DNA of 63,511 nucleotides, the filler included, from Octopus bimaculoides (lineage: Eukaryota), in assembly GCF_001194135.2 (NCBI RefSeq). It is 8 parts of 8 records of this genome, joined end to end, with 100 filler letters (N's around TTAATTAATTAA, not from the genome) between each part and the next. Parts side by side here need not be neighbours in the genome. Positions count along the whole stretch, not along the records: positions 1 to 20,841 come from NC_068994.1; positions 20,942 to 33,914 come from NC_069006.1; 6 more parts are not named here. One strand, 5' to 3'. Positions within the stretch are counted from its first letter, which is position 1; each line of letters opens with the position of its first letter. The translations under genes were made by a program, and so were the position numbers. Shown here piece after piece: positions 12,500 to 24,336 of this stretch. The notes under the pieces are model-generated. The model did no database searches. It had not been told where the DNA came from and saw only the letters and a program-made list of their open reading frames with translations.

Positions 12500-13080
12500 A
12501 TCAAAAACATTACAACGATGCTGGGGGGACAAACACAGACACACGCATATATATACATATACATATATATACGACGGGCTTCTTTCAGTTTCCGTCTACC
12601 AAATCCACTCACAAGGCTTTGGTCGGCCTGAGGCTATAGTAGAAGACACTTGTCCAAGGTGCCACACAGTGGGAGTGAACACAGCCACTCCTGCACCTAT
12701 TCTCAACAATTTTTTTCTTTTCTCTATGGATCCATTTGATTACTGTTTTATTCCAGTGGACCCCTTTCCAAAGGCATTTAATGTTTAAAAAAAACTAGTT
12801 TTATAGATACTTCTTTCAAAATTTCTATTTTGTTTTTCACTCATTCACTTTTTATTTTCTCCCTGGTTTCAGTCATTAGACTGCAGCCATGATGGGGTGC
12901 AACTTTGAAGAAGCTTTGGTCAAATGAATGGACCCCAGTACTTTTTCTCTCAGTCACTTTTGCTGAACTGCTAAGTTACAGGGGATACAAACACACCAAT
13001 ACCAGTCATCAAGTGGAGGTGGGGACAAACACAAAAACACACATGCACAAATATATACATGTGTGTGTGTGTGTGTGTAT
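12500..13080 (-). mobile_element. tRNA-derived SINE family B (two partial copies) in intron 1 of gene A
   Basis: CACAAGGCTTTGGTCGGCCTGAGGCTATAGTAGAAGACACTTG and CAGTCATT.GACTGC.GCCATG blocks are multicopy in the window. Confidence 0.85.
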
Positions 13081-13409
13081 ACACATATATATATATACAA
13101 AATTATATACAAAATATATACAAAATTATCCGCATATGTAATTTTCACTTGTCTTGCCTGCATTTGTTTTGTTACTTCGCTAAATTTCCTTTGAGAACAA
13201 TTCAGTCTTAGTAGACACATTACATGTGATCTTCTTCTAGCACATTAACAGTCCACCTAGTGGTCTCCTTTATATATACGTATACAATAATCTTTTGAGA
13301 TCTCAGATATTTTTTCTGAATCTCCTTGATTCTTTTAATGTGCTCGTTCTCTGGTATTAAATTGATATTAATTAATATCCAATTTTTTACCCTAATGTTT
13401 TAATTTATA

Positions 13410-13442
<33 letters not shown>

Positions 13443-13443
13443 A

Positions 13444-13555
13444 CAGGAGGCAGGAAATAAACTGTCAACTAAATTATGCAAAAATGAAAATTAACACTGG
13501 CATCTCATTTTAACAGATAAATTTACTAAAATTACATTAAAATATCTTGAAATTC
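13444..13555. mobile_element. Terminal fragment of the same maT family
   Basis: TA|CAGG...AAACTGTCAACTAAATT...CATCTCATTTTAACAGATA...ATTACATTAAAATATCTTGAAAT matches 52466-52580. Confidence 0.75.
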
Positions 13556-14024
13556 ACAGTGGAACTGAACCTGGAATCATATGGTTGGAAAGCAAGCGTC
13601 TGACAAGCAGTTTTGGGAAACAAATTAACTTGTATATCTGAATGTGTTCATGCTGGAGCACCACTACATTATAATCTATAGCTGACTACATTCACCTTAG
13701 TTCATATTTTTGTTGAGTGAGACATATTTTTTTTATCAAATTTGGAGCGTGAATATAGCTAGAGATTGAACCCAGAATGTAAAGGGAACTTGATGAAATA
13801 CCGCAAGGTTTTTGATCTGATGCTCTACTGACTACTGTGTACACCATATGTATATGTATGTGTGAATGTGTGTGTGAGTGTATGTATGTGTGTACATATG
13901 TGTGAGTGTGTGTGTAGGTGCATGTATGTATGAGTGTGTATGTATGAATGTATGTGTTACTTAAAATATGTTTGTAACATATTTCAACAGCTAAAGGCAA
14001 ATTCACTGCAGTTACAATCTTCAT

Positions 14025-14380
14025 CATCATCATCATCGTTTAACGTCCGCTTTCCATGCTAGCATGGGTTGGACGATTTGACTAAGGACTGGTGGACCAG
14101 GAGGCGACACCAGGCTCCAATCTGATTTGGCAGAGTTTCTACAGTTGGATGCCCTTCGTAACGCCAACCACTCTGAGAGTGTAGTGGGTGCTTTTACGTG
14201 CCACCGGCACGAAAGCCAGTCAGGTGGTACTGGCAACAGCCATGCTCAAAATGGTGTATTTTACATGCAACCCGCACAAGAGCCAGTCCGGCGGCACTAG
14301 CAACAATCTCACTCGAATGTCATTACACATGCCACCGGCACAAGTGCCAGGAAGGCGATGCTGGGCACAGGTGCCATCAC
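14025..14380 (-). mobile_element. Retroposon family C copy
   Basis: (CAT)n-CGTTTAACGTCCGCTTTCCATGCTAGCATGGG start on +. Confidence 0.9.
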
Positions 14381-14384
14381 AATT

Positions 14385-14687
14385 TTCTTTTTTTGTTTGT
14401 TTCAGTCATTTGACTGTTGCCATGCTGGAGTACTGCTTTTAGTCGAGCAAATCGACCCCAGGACTTATTCTTTGTAAGCCTAGTACTTATTCTATCGGTC
14501 TCTTTTGCNNNNNNNNNNNNNNNNNNNNNNNNNNNNNNNNNNNNNNNNNNNNNNNNNNNNNNNNNNNNNNNNNNNNNNNNNNNNNNNNNNNNNNNNNNNN
14601 NNNNNNNNNNNNNNNNNNNNNNNNNNNNNNNNNNNNNNNNNNNNNNNNNNNNNNNNNNNNNNNNNNNNNNNNNNNNNNNNNNNNNNN

Positions 14688-14730
<43 letters not shown>

Positions 14731-14880
14731 CAACAGGCTTCTTTCAGTTTCTGTTTACCAAATCCACTCACAAGGCTTTGGTCAGCCTGAGGCTATAGTA
14801 GAAGACACTTGCGTGGCACTGAACCCGGAACCATGTGGTTGGTAAGCAAGCTACTTACCACACAGCCACTCCTGTGCCTA
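14385..14880 (-). mobile_element. SINE family B spanning a gap
   Basis: 3' block before the gap and head (...GCTACTTACCACACAGCCAC) after it. Confidence 0.85.
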
Positions 14881-15320
14881 TGGTAAAAAAAAAAAAATAC
14901 CATACCTGTCCAGTGCTGCTATCTATTGGATTCTCAGACATCAATGTTTCTTGCTCTTTAGCCATTATCAATGAGAAATACTGAAGAGAGGTAACTTTGA
15001 ACAAATCTAGTCAAAGCCAATGCTTTAACTAAAATACAGTCAACAGCATTGACTGATTTGATTTGTGCCAGTAGACCACAAAGGCCATGAAAATTACTGT
15101 AATATATGCACTAAGCAGTACTTAAGGACAAGCAACCTTTAGGTAAGTCTGTCCAGCTACAGGGGTCCACTAGAATTAAATAGTAATCAAATGGGTTCAC
15201 AGGTAAAGTTGAACATTGGTCTAGTTGGACCCTGTTGAATCATTGAAGTCCAGCTCATCCTAGCAGGGAAGACAGATGTTAAATCATGTTGATCATGGTA
15301 ACAACAACAACGACGACAAC

Positions 15321-15351
<31 letters not shown>

Positions 15352-15469
15352 CTCTGTATAGTTTCTGTCTATAAAATTTCACTGACAAGGCGTTGGTCAA
15401 CTTGGCAGTGGGGTTTGCAAAGTGACCTTTACAACCCCATTGCTAAACCTATGCCATTGTTTCAATTTT

Positions 15470-15750
15470 TTTTTTATCTTCTACTTGTCTCAGTCATTGG
15501 ACTGCAGTCATGCTGGACAAATCACCACCAGTACTTATTCTATTGCCCTTTTTTTGTTAGTCCACAAAGTTACGGGGACATAAACAAACCAACACTGGTT
15601 GTCAGGTAGCAGGGAGTGGAATAACACACACACACACACACATATATATATGATGGACTTCTTTCAATCTCTGTCTACTAACCCCACTCACAAGGCTTTG
15701 GAGAGCCAGGGGCTAGAATAAAAGACATGCAGTGGGATTGAACTCAGAAC
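15470..15750 (-). mobile_element. SINE family B, decayed
   Basis: Homology to 31040-31400. Confidence 0.75.
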
Positions 15751-15789
15751 CTGCACCTATAGAAATAATTATGGAAATAATCAATTAAT

Positions 15790-16260
15790 GTTTCTGATTT
15801 TGGTACAAGGCCAGCAGTCTTGAAGGAAGAGCAGGTCAGTTTACATTGACCTCAATATTTGATTGGTATTCTATTTCACTGCCCTGCCACACATCTCCCA
15901 CCCCAGGAGGAATGAAATATCAAAGTTGACTTCAGTAGGGTTTGAACTCAGAATGGAGGAGAAAAAATAACAGAAGTATCCTATAAGGAATTTTATCCAA
16001 TGTTTCGAACAATCCTTTGCTATATACTGCCCTGCCCTGCAAGGTGGTGAACTGGCAGAATGGTTAGCACACCGGGCAAAATGCTTAGTGGCATTTCTTT
16101 ACATTCTGAGTTCAAATTCCACCAAGGTTGATTTTGCTTTACATCTTTTTTTTTGGGGGGGGGGTCAATAAAATAAGTACCAATTGAGTACTGGGATTGA
16201 TGCAATTGACTTACCTCCGAGGCTGAACTTGCTGGCCTTGTGCCAAAATTTGAAACCAAT
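15790..16260. mobile_element. Two divergently oriented SINE family A copies (15790-15960 on -, 16045-16260 on +)
   Basis: Homology to other family A copies. Confidence 0.75.
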
Positions 16261-16359
16261 ATGCTGCTTTGCAAAACTGCAAATGATTAATTAATGCCAA
16301 AATAATTATACTTCTTTGTTTCTTTCCATTTTTTTTTTTTTTTTTTTTTTTTTTACCAG

Positions 16360-16445
16360 CTTGCAATCAGAATAGTAATGATATCAAGTCACTCTCATCT
16401 ATTTACTACAAATACACCGAAGCAAGTTTCTGCTATCTACAAATG
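16360..16445 (+). CDS. Orphan gene A, coding exon 2: (A)CNQNSNDIKSLSSIYYKYTEASFCYLQM
   Basis: Long poly-T tract plus CCAG acceptor; open in phase 1, matching exon 1; consensus donor ATG|GTAAGT, phase 0. Confidence 0.85.
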
Positions 16446-17079
16446 GTAAGTGAAAAAAGTCCCAATAGACAGCTAACCCTGTAGCATTTAAACCAGCCAT
16501 ATCTAGCCAAAATATTCAACCTGTTTTATGTATGTTCAAACTGGCCAGACCCAAGCTCTCTCTTACTTCCCCTATAATGGCAGTGTAAAAATAAACAATC
16601 ACATCATAAAAATCTTGAAGCTACAAGATAATGCAGGCTTAATTCAAAACAATGTGAATGAATAAACATTACATTTGACAGAGTAATATGAATGCTAAAG
16701 GGTTAAACTGCTAGAAGTTTCAATCCTGAAGTCTTTATCTTCATGTAGAACTGTATTTAGAGCAATCCAACTTGGTACGGCATTATCTATCTCCAACTTA
16801 AACCTATTTCAGAATTTGAACTTGGCACAGAAATCGAAATCGAATTAAATTCGACGACTGGCACCCATGCCAACATCGTCTCCTTCATTGGACACGAAAC
16901 TCGGCTTGCAAAGACCTGTTGGGACAAGCGAAAGTGAAATTGTGATGGCACCTGTGCCCAGCATCACCTTCCTGGCACTTGTGCTGGTGGCATGTGTAAA
17001 GACATTCGAGCGAGATCATTGCCAGTGCCGCTGAACTGGCTCCTGTGCACATGGCACGTAAAATACACCATTTTTTAGC

Positions 17080-17530
17080 TTGTTGCAGTCATTGCAGCCA
17101 TTCTGGAGCACCCCCTTGAAAGGTTTAGATAAGCAAGTTTGACCTCAGTACTTATTTTTAAAGTCTGGTACATACTCTATCGTCTCTGTTGCTGAACGGA
17201 TAGGTTATGGGGTTGTAAACAAACCAACACCAGTTGTCAAGTAGTGGTGGGGACAAACACAAGCACAAAGATTACACACACAGATACACAGATACATACA
17301 TACATATAAATATGTGAACATGTCTAGATATGCAAATATATGCATGAGAATACATACATAAAGCAAAATATACAAATCTGCACACATACATACATACATA
17401 CATAGAAAAATACCTTGTTGTTGATGTTGAAATTCCAATGAAGGAGCCTTGGATCTACGTTGGAAACCAGTTCTTTCTCTATTGGCAAGAAATCTTGAAA
17501 TAAAACTGAACAATGACATACATACATGTG

Positions 17531-17594
<64 letters not shown>

Positions 17595-17760
17595 CATATA
17601 TATATATATATACATATATATATTATATATATATATATAGTTTCCATCTACAGGATTTTAGTAGAAGATATTTGCCCATGGTGCCATGCAGAGGAACTGA
17701 ACACAAAACAATGTGGTAGAGAAGCAAGCTTCTTATCCCTTTACCCATGACCATGCCTAT
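17080..17760 (-). mobile_element. SINE family B with internally expanded (TA)n
   Basis: 3' block 17080-17290 and head 17630-17760 flank a microsatellite. Confidence 0.7.
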
Positions 17761-17792
17761 GTTTATATATTTATTTATTTTCTGTTTTTTAG

Positions 17793-17942
17793 GCTTTCCT
17801 TTTGAGTACCAAACATTATACTTGGACTGGACTCTCGAAATACCAATTTAATTTAGCTCAAGAGAAGAAATATGCAGCTAACTTAATAGGACGATTCATG
17901 GCAATAAAGAATTTATCACCAATCCATGATAATATAAAAGAT
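17793..17942 (+). CDS. Orphan gene A, coding exon 3: AFLLSTKHYTWTGLSKYQFNLAQEKKYAANLIGRFMAIKNLSPIHDNIKD
   Basis: TTTTTTAG acceptor; 150 nt open in phase 0, matching exon 2; donor GAT|GTAAGT, phase 0. Confidence 0.85.
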
Positions 17943-18054
17943 GTAAGTAACTGTAATATTTCACAGGGAAATAAAGAAACAACAGGGTGGGGAAATGTTC
18001 TGTACTAGGGCCAATTCTATGAAATAGTCTTTCCATTTTTAATCTTGTACTTTT

Positions 18055-18535
18055 GTAAAGGCATTGTGGCCTAGTGGTCAGGGTGTTGCTTGCATGATCA
18101 TAAGATTGCGGTTTCAATTCCTGAATTGATCGGGACAGTGTGTTGTATTCTTGAGCAAGACACTTCCTGTCACTCCAATCCACTCAGCTGTGACTGGAAC
18201 TAGTAACGATTATCTCAGGCACTCCATCAGTTGCGACAATGACGGTTCCAGTTGATCTGATCAACAGAACAGTCTGCACATGAAATTAACACGCAAGCAG
18301 CTGAGCACTCCACAGATGCATGGACCCTTAACATAGTTCTCAGGGAAATTCAGTGTGACACAGAATATGAGAAGGCTGGGCCCTTTCAATTATAGGTGCT
18401 ACTTATTTCTGCCAGCTGAGTGAACTGTAGCAATGTGAAATTAAGTGCCTTGCTCAAGAACACAATGTATCACTAGGAATCAAACTCATGACCTTATGCT
18501 TCTGAATCAAATGCCCTAACCACTAAGCTATACAC
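18055..18535. mobile_element. tRNA-SINE family E: + head 18055-18195 and - copy 18200-18535; relatives at 6468-6535, 22680-22860, 46808-46940, 56865-57125
   Basis: Shared CTTGAGCAAGACACTT and CACTCAGCTG blocks, and a GATC.GATCA.CTGGAAC 3' block. Confidence 0.75.
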
Positions 18536-18849
18536 ATTTATATTAAGAGTAATCAGACTCTTATCCACCATACCACATCCATATGAGCTTTCTATACTCC
18601 TTTTCACTCTACTACCATAGGCTGCATAAAAAAGGGAAGGTAAAGTTACCTTCTCGGGTCATGCTCACTCATAAGGGCTGGTTCCATGGTTTTATGGTGT
18701 ATGTATTCCCCACCTGGACAGGACGCCAGTCCATCATAGGATTACTCATTTTTACCAGCTGAGTGGACTGGAGCAACATGAAATGAAGTGTTTTGCTCAA
18801 GAACGCAATGCATTGTCAGTCCATGAATCAAAACCACAATCTTACAATG

Positions 18850-19170
18850 CCCGTGGCATGTGTAAGGACTTTCGAGCGAGATCGTTGCCAGTGCCCCTGG
18901 ACTGGCTCTTGTGCGGGTGGCACGTAAAATACAGCATTTTGAGCATAGCCATTGCCAGTACTGCCTGACTGGCCTTCGTGCCGGTGGCACGTAAAAGCAC
19001 CCACTACACTCTTGGAGTGGTTGGCGTTAGGAAGGGCATCCAGCTGTAGAAACTCTGCCAAATCAGATTGGAGTCTGGTGTAGCCATCTGGTTTCACCAG
19101 TCCTCAGTCAAATCGTCCAACCCATGCTAGCATGGAAAGCGGACGTTAAACGATGATGATGATGATGATG
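18850..19170 (+). mobile_element. Retroposon family C copy nested in a tRNA-SINE (18630-19205, -)
   Basis: Host SINE head sequence resumes after the (GAT)n tail. Confidence 0.8.
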
Positions 19171-19612
19171 AGACCAATATCCTAACCACTAAGCCACATG
19201 GCTCCCATAAGTTGCCTGCGTTAGGTCCAAGCTGATAGTGGATTAACCTGTCTGATGCTTCACCTGGTTCTGTTATACAAAGTTCCTGTTTTGAAGTAAT
19301 CTAAATTAAATCCTTTCACGAAAATTTTCCTGTTAATTCATGCTCCCAAACAGCAGCTTAATAACAACAAGATCATTTTACTCAATTCTTCATTGTTTTC
19401 AAAAACTGAAATAATAGCAGCATATTCAAACAAAAACATAGTAACATAGGTGCTAAGTGTTACATGCTTCTTCTCATCATTATCATCATTGTTTAACATC
19501 CATTTTCCATGCTGGATTAGATGGTCTGATCAGAGCTGGTAAGCCAGAGAGCTACACCAGGCTCCAGTTATCACTTTTGGCATGGTTTCTACAGTTGGAT
19601 GCCCTTCCTAAT

Positions 19613-19924
19613 AAAACGATAAACGTCGCCCTTTGAAAGCCTAGCCAGGCTCATGGGCCCGGTTTCCCGGTTTCTATGGCATATGTGTTCCCCCCCAGCT
19701 AGACGGGACGCCAGTCCATCGCAGCGTTACTCAAGAAACAGGAAGAAAGAGTGAGAGAAAGTTGGGGGCGAAAGAATACAACAGCGGTCACCATCACCCC
19801 CTGCCGGAGCCTCGTGGAGCTTAGGTGTTTCGCTCAATAAACACACACAGCGGTCTGGGAATCGAAACCGCAATCCTCTGACCACGAGTCCGCTGCCCTA
19901 ACCACTGGGCCATTGTGCCTCCAC
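19613..19924 (-). mobile_element. Young tRNA-derived SINE with 12-bp target-site duplication, nested in a family C copy
   Basis: TSD GCCCTTCCTAAT at 19601-12 and 19925-36; A box TGGCCCAGTGG, B box GGTTTCGATTCC. Confidence 0.9.
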
Positions 19925-20314
19925 GCCCTTCCTAATGCCAACCACTTTACAGAGTGTACTGGGTGTCTTTTACATGTCACTGGCACAAGTGCCTTCTAAC
20001 ATATCACTGACACAAGTACCTTTTATAAGTCACCTTTCACATGTCACCAGCACTAGCCACAACCACGATTTCACTTAGCTTGACATGTCTTCTCAAACAC
20101 TGCAAATCACCAGAAGTCTCTCTCACTTGTCATTGCCTCAACAAAAGTGTAAAATATTTAAAATGAACATTATGTTTAAAGATAAAATGAATAGTCCCAA
20201 AAAGTCTTAATCATAATTCATGTAATTACAGTCACCAATACCATGTTCTTTTTCCTTTTCTCTTTAAAATAGTGTACCTCTTTTCTAAATGCCACAGAAT
20301 ACGAAAGTGTAAGT

Positions 20315-20545
20315 ATTTTATTTTTTATCTTTTACTTGTTTCAGTCATTGGACTGTAGCCATGCTGGGGCACCATTTTGAAGGGTTTTACTTAAACATAT
20401 TGACCACAGTACTTATCTGGTAGTTACCCTATTGGTTGTTTTTGCCAAACCACTAAGTTACAGGGACATAAACAAACTAATACCAGCTGTCAAGCAATGG
20501 CAAAGGACAAACACAAAGGAACACACACACACACACACACACAGA
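20315..20545 (-). mobile_element. SINE family B, 3' half
   Basis: CTTGTTTCAGTCATTGGACTGTAGCCATGCTGGGGCACC. Confidence 0.8.
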
Positions 20546-20885
20546 GGAGAAAGCACATTTGAAATGTTAAAATGACATAAACTCAAACTACTTTTGAAAC
20601 AAGTACTCAACAATATCATCATCATCATCATCATCGTTTAACGTCTGCTTTCCATGCTAGCATGGGTTGGACGATTTGACTGAGGACTGGTGAAACCGGA
20701 TGGCAACACCAGGCTCCAATCTAATTTGGCAGAGTTTCTACAGCTGGATGCCCTTCCTAACGCCAACCACTCAGAGAGTGTAGTGGGTGCTTCTACGTGT
20801 CACCCGCACGAAAACGGCCACACTCGAAATGGTGTCTTTTANNNNNNNNNNNNNNNNNNNNNNNNNNNNNNNNNNNNNNNNNNNN

Positions 20886-20897
20886 TTAATTAATTAA
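20886..20897. other. Artificial scaffold-join linker TTAATTAATTAA (also 33959, 45787, 53551, 57255, 59279, 61424)
   Basis: Each sits in an N44-12bp-N44 block of 100 bp and gives TAA in all six frames. Confidence 0.95.
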
Positions 20898-21287
20898 NNN
20901 NNNNNNNNNNNNNNNNNNNNNNNNNNNNNNNNNNNNNNNNNCACACACATACACATATATATATATATATATTTACATACGCATATATATATATTGACAT
21001 ATACATATATATATATATGTGTGTACGTGAATATATAGACGTATTAGCATTTGAAATATTTTTGCCATCATTTTTGATTTTTATGTCACGTTTTCGTTTT
21101 TTTAGTTCTGTCATAAAAGTGCTTATATCAAACTTAATAATAATATACTACAAAACGTGATACTACCAAAACATATCTGATAAGTACTAATTAGAACCTA
21201 CTTCTGTAAAGTGCATTTATGTATGTATTATATTTTTTTTTTCTGCTTTCATTTTTAATATAGAAACGGTACGTTCTTTGCTTTTAG

Positions 21288-21428
21288 ATTATATGTTCTA
21301 ACATTCTTGCCAGTCACAGCAACACTGTATGGAATGTCCATTATTGGTTTCGAAAAGAATCTGCATTGAAAATTTTCATCAGAATACTGTTCCTTGTTCT
21401 TTGTACAAAGAAATCTGATGTTATCTAA
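21288..21428 (+). CDS. Orphan gene A, probable terminal exon: IICSNILASHSNTVWNVHYWFRKESALKIFIRILFLVLCTKKSDVI*
   Basis: TTCTTTGCTTTTAG acceptor; open in phase 0 to TAA; AATAAA at 21837. Caveats: lies beyond the artificial join at 20886, and an alternative AG exists at 21262-63. Confidence 0.5.
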   Translation: MICSNILASHSNTVWNVHYWFRKESALKIFIRILFLVLCTKKSDVI

Positions 21429-21638
21429 CATACACAAAAGTGTGAGCATGTATACACATGGTTAAGTACACAGCGACAGGCGTATGTTGATACAAGCATA
21501 TGAAGTAAAAAGCGTAGAAGCTGATGCAGATATACACAAATAGCCTATATAGATTTACGTATCAACGTGTTGCATGAAATATAAAGATACATACAAACAC
21601 ATACAGAGATTATTCGCGTGAAAATTAAATGGGATTTA

Positions 21639-21728
<90 letters not shown>

Positions 21729-22139
21729 GTTTGTGCATGCGTGCGTGTGTATGTATAAAATTCACTTTTGGAACTGGATCTCGAAGTACATAAGAAATAG
21801 CAGGTCAATTTTGGATTGAAAATCAACTATAGATAAAATAAAATAATACGTCATCGGCTGTGTGTAGGCGCAAAACTTCCAAACATTACTTTAATCCCAA
21901 AGCAGAATGCCTGTCATGTGTACAGGATATGCGAGTTCGAATCTGACGAGCAGCCATCAAATTATTCAATCCAAAAGGGTTTCTCGACCCAGTTTTTACA
22001 TACTATTACTTATAGCTTTATGTGTGTTTCGAGAGCCAAAATTCCTCAAAAGAATTATTTCACGTTCATTCGAAAGCTTATGAAATTATTAAGACAACAA
22101 ATATATATTATGTATGTATGTATGTATGTATTTATGTAT

Positions 22140-22690
22140 ATAGCTGGAAAACTTGGAGAGTGGTTACATGATTTGTGAACGATAGAAGTCAGGGAGTGGT
22201 GGCCAATGGAGCCACCTCAAAGAAAACACAAATAGTAAGTGGTGTTCCGCAGGGTACTGTCTTGGGACCACTGCTTTTCATAGTAGTTCTCTCTCAGATA
22301 TACCCTCAGCTGCCCAGATATACACCCTTGCTAGCTACGCAGACGATACGAAAGTCTCGCAGACGATACGAAAGTCTCGCAGAAAATACAAAATCCTAGC
22401 CATACTGCACGCCTCCAGAAAGAGTTGGACTCAATTTACAGACGGGCTGAGGACAATAATATGCAGTTTAATGCTGGAAAATTCCAAGCCCTGCGCTACC
22501 AGCACACAAAACTGAACGTAAAATTCACAGGATACACTGGCCAACAGAGTATTATAATCCCAGAACCTAAATCAGTGCGGGATCTGAGTATCGACATGAG
22601 TGATGATGCCTCTTTCCATGCGCACATTACCAAGATGGTGAAAAAGTGCAGACGGCTGGCTGGATCCCGAGAACCTTCAGAACCTAGATC
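22140..22690 (+). mobile_element. CR1/L2-type LINE reverse transcriptase remnant (frameshifted)
   Basis: SGVPQGTVLGPLLF, YADDTK and NNMQFNAGKFQAL motifs. Confidence 0.85.
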
Positions 22691-23334
22691 ACGGTTTCGA
22701 TTCCAAGACTGGTGGTGCCTTGTATTCTTTATGAAAACATTTCATTTCATGTTGATCTTCAGCCCACCCCGTCTCGATTAGTAGCCCAATGTTGGCCTAC
22801 ATGCCAATTCATTTGAAGGCTAAAATAATGCAAGCCGCATGGCGACCAGATGTGTAACGGTATCTGATATATATATATATTATTTAAAAGAGTTCCAACT
22901 CTGTCTGTTTTTATGTTTTATTTATATTCTTATAAAATTAATGTGGGATATAGAATATGGAATCTATAATATAAATAGTAAAATGAAATGAAGTATTGAA
23001 TGTCTTATTGAATATATGAAATATTAAGTATTAAATATAGAGTATTAAATATATAAGGACTAGTATACTTTCCTGCCTCATGGCATTCATCAAGGTCCCG
23101 TNNNNNNNNNNNNNNNNNNNNNNNNNNNNNNNNNNNNNNNNNNNNNNNNNNNNNNNNNNNNNNNNNNNNNNNNNNNNNNNNNNNNNNNNNNNNNNNNNNN
23201 NNNNNNNNNNNNNNNNNNNNNNNNNNNNNNNNNNNNNNNNNNNNNNNNNNNNNNNNNNNNNNNNNNNNNNNNNNNNNNNNNNNNNNNNNNNNNNNNNNNN
23301 NNNNNNNNNNNNNNNNNNNNNNNNNTATATATAT

Positions 23335-23455
23335 ATGGGAGAATATACAAATAATAACAACAGACGAGGACAGGTGGTGTAAATAACAAAAGTATATATT
23401 AGTATGACGCTCGGGAATACGGAAAGTCTTTGACGTTTCGAGCTACGCTCTTCAG
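23335..23455 (-). mobile_element. Penelope-type terminal repeat fragment with hammerhead-like core
   Basis: Homologous to 975-1100; CTGAAGA-GCGTAGCTC-GAAAC-GTC on the - strand. Confidence 0.55.
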
Positions 23456-23848
23456 TGTGTGTGTGTGTGTGTGTGTGTGTGTATTAATGTGTGAAAGAGA
23501 AGTAATACCTGATCTGTTTCCCCCGACTAAAAGGTTCCCCGATCGAACGTAAGGGTGCCTGGAAGCCTGTTTCTCAGTATTTGCTTGTCGGGCGAGAAAT
23601 CATTGATTATTTTCCTGTTCTTCTCGTAGATTGTTCTGTGAAATTTATTCGAAAAACTTCCTATCCTTTATTAATGTTACTGAGATAATTAATCCATAAT
23701 TATTTATATTTTAGTAGAATATTTTCATCTTTAATTAGCTCCATCTACAATAGCAGCGCAAAAGATAATTTACCATCAGCATTGTCATCGTCATCATCAT
23801 CATCATCATCATCTTCATCCCCACCATCACCACCACCACCACCATCGC

Positions 23849-23890
<42 letters not shown>

Positions 23891-23995
23891 CGTTGATATT
23901 TATAAAATTGTAATTTTGTTTTTAATACATATATTTTCCGCTTTATTTTTCTGACGTTATCTCAAATAACTTAATCCAGGCTTCCCCACTTCCTC

Positions 23996-24034
<39 letters not shown>

Positions 24035-24303
24035 TGTAATTCCCTTTAATAACTCGTGAGCCATTAATTTTTTTTGCGTATATTCCGATAACACCAACTT
24101 AATGAAGCCGACTCAAATTCAAAAGATCCGTATCCATTGAAAGTGAAATGAGAAACGTACTCTTGCTCTCCTACTCCATGTGTATGCGAGTATATATGTA
24201 TATATGGATGTGTATATTTATGCTTGCATGTATGTGTGTATGTATATATATCTATGTATATATAATTATATGTTAGCATGTGCGTCTTTGTGTGTGTGCA
24301 TAT

Positions 24304-24336
<33 letters not shown>

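Noticed and set aside
24064-24180. Protein-looking GVGEQEYVSHFTFNGYGSFEFESASLSWCYR on -
   Set aside because: No proper acceptor, and part of it matches the 30.8 kb repeat.
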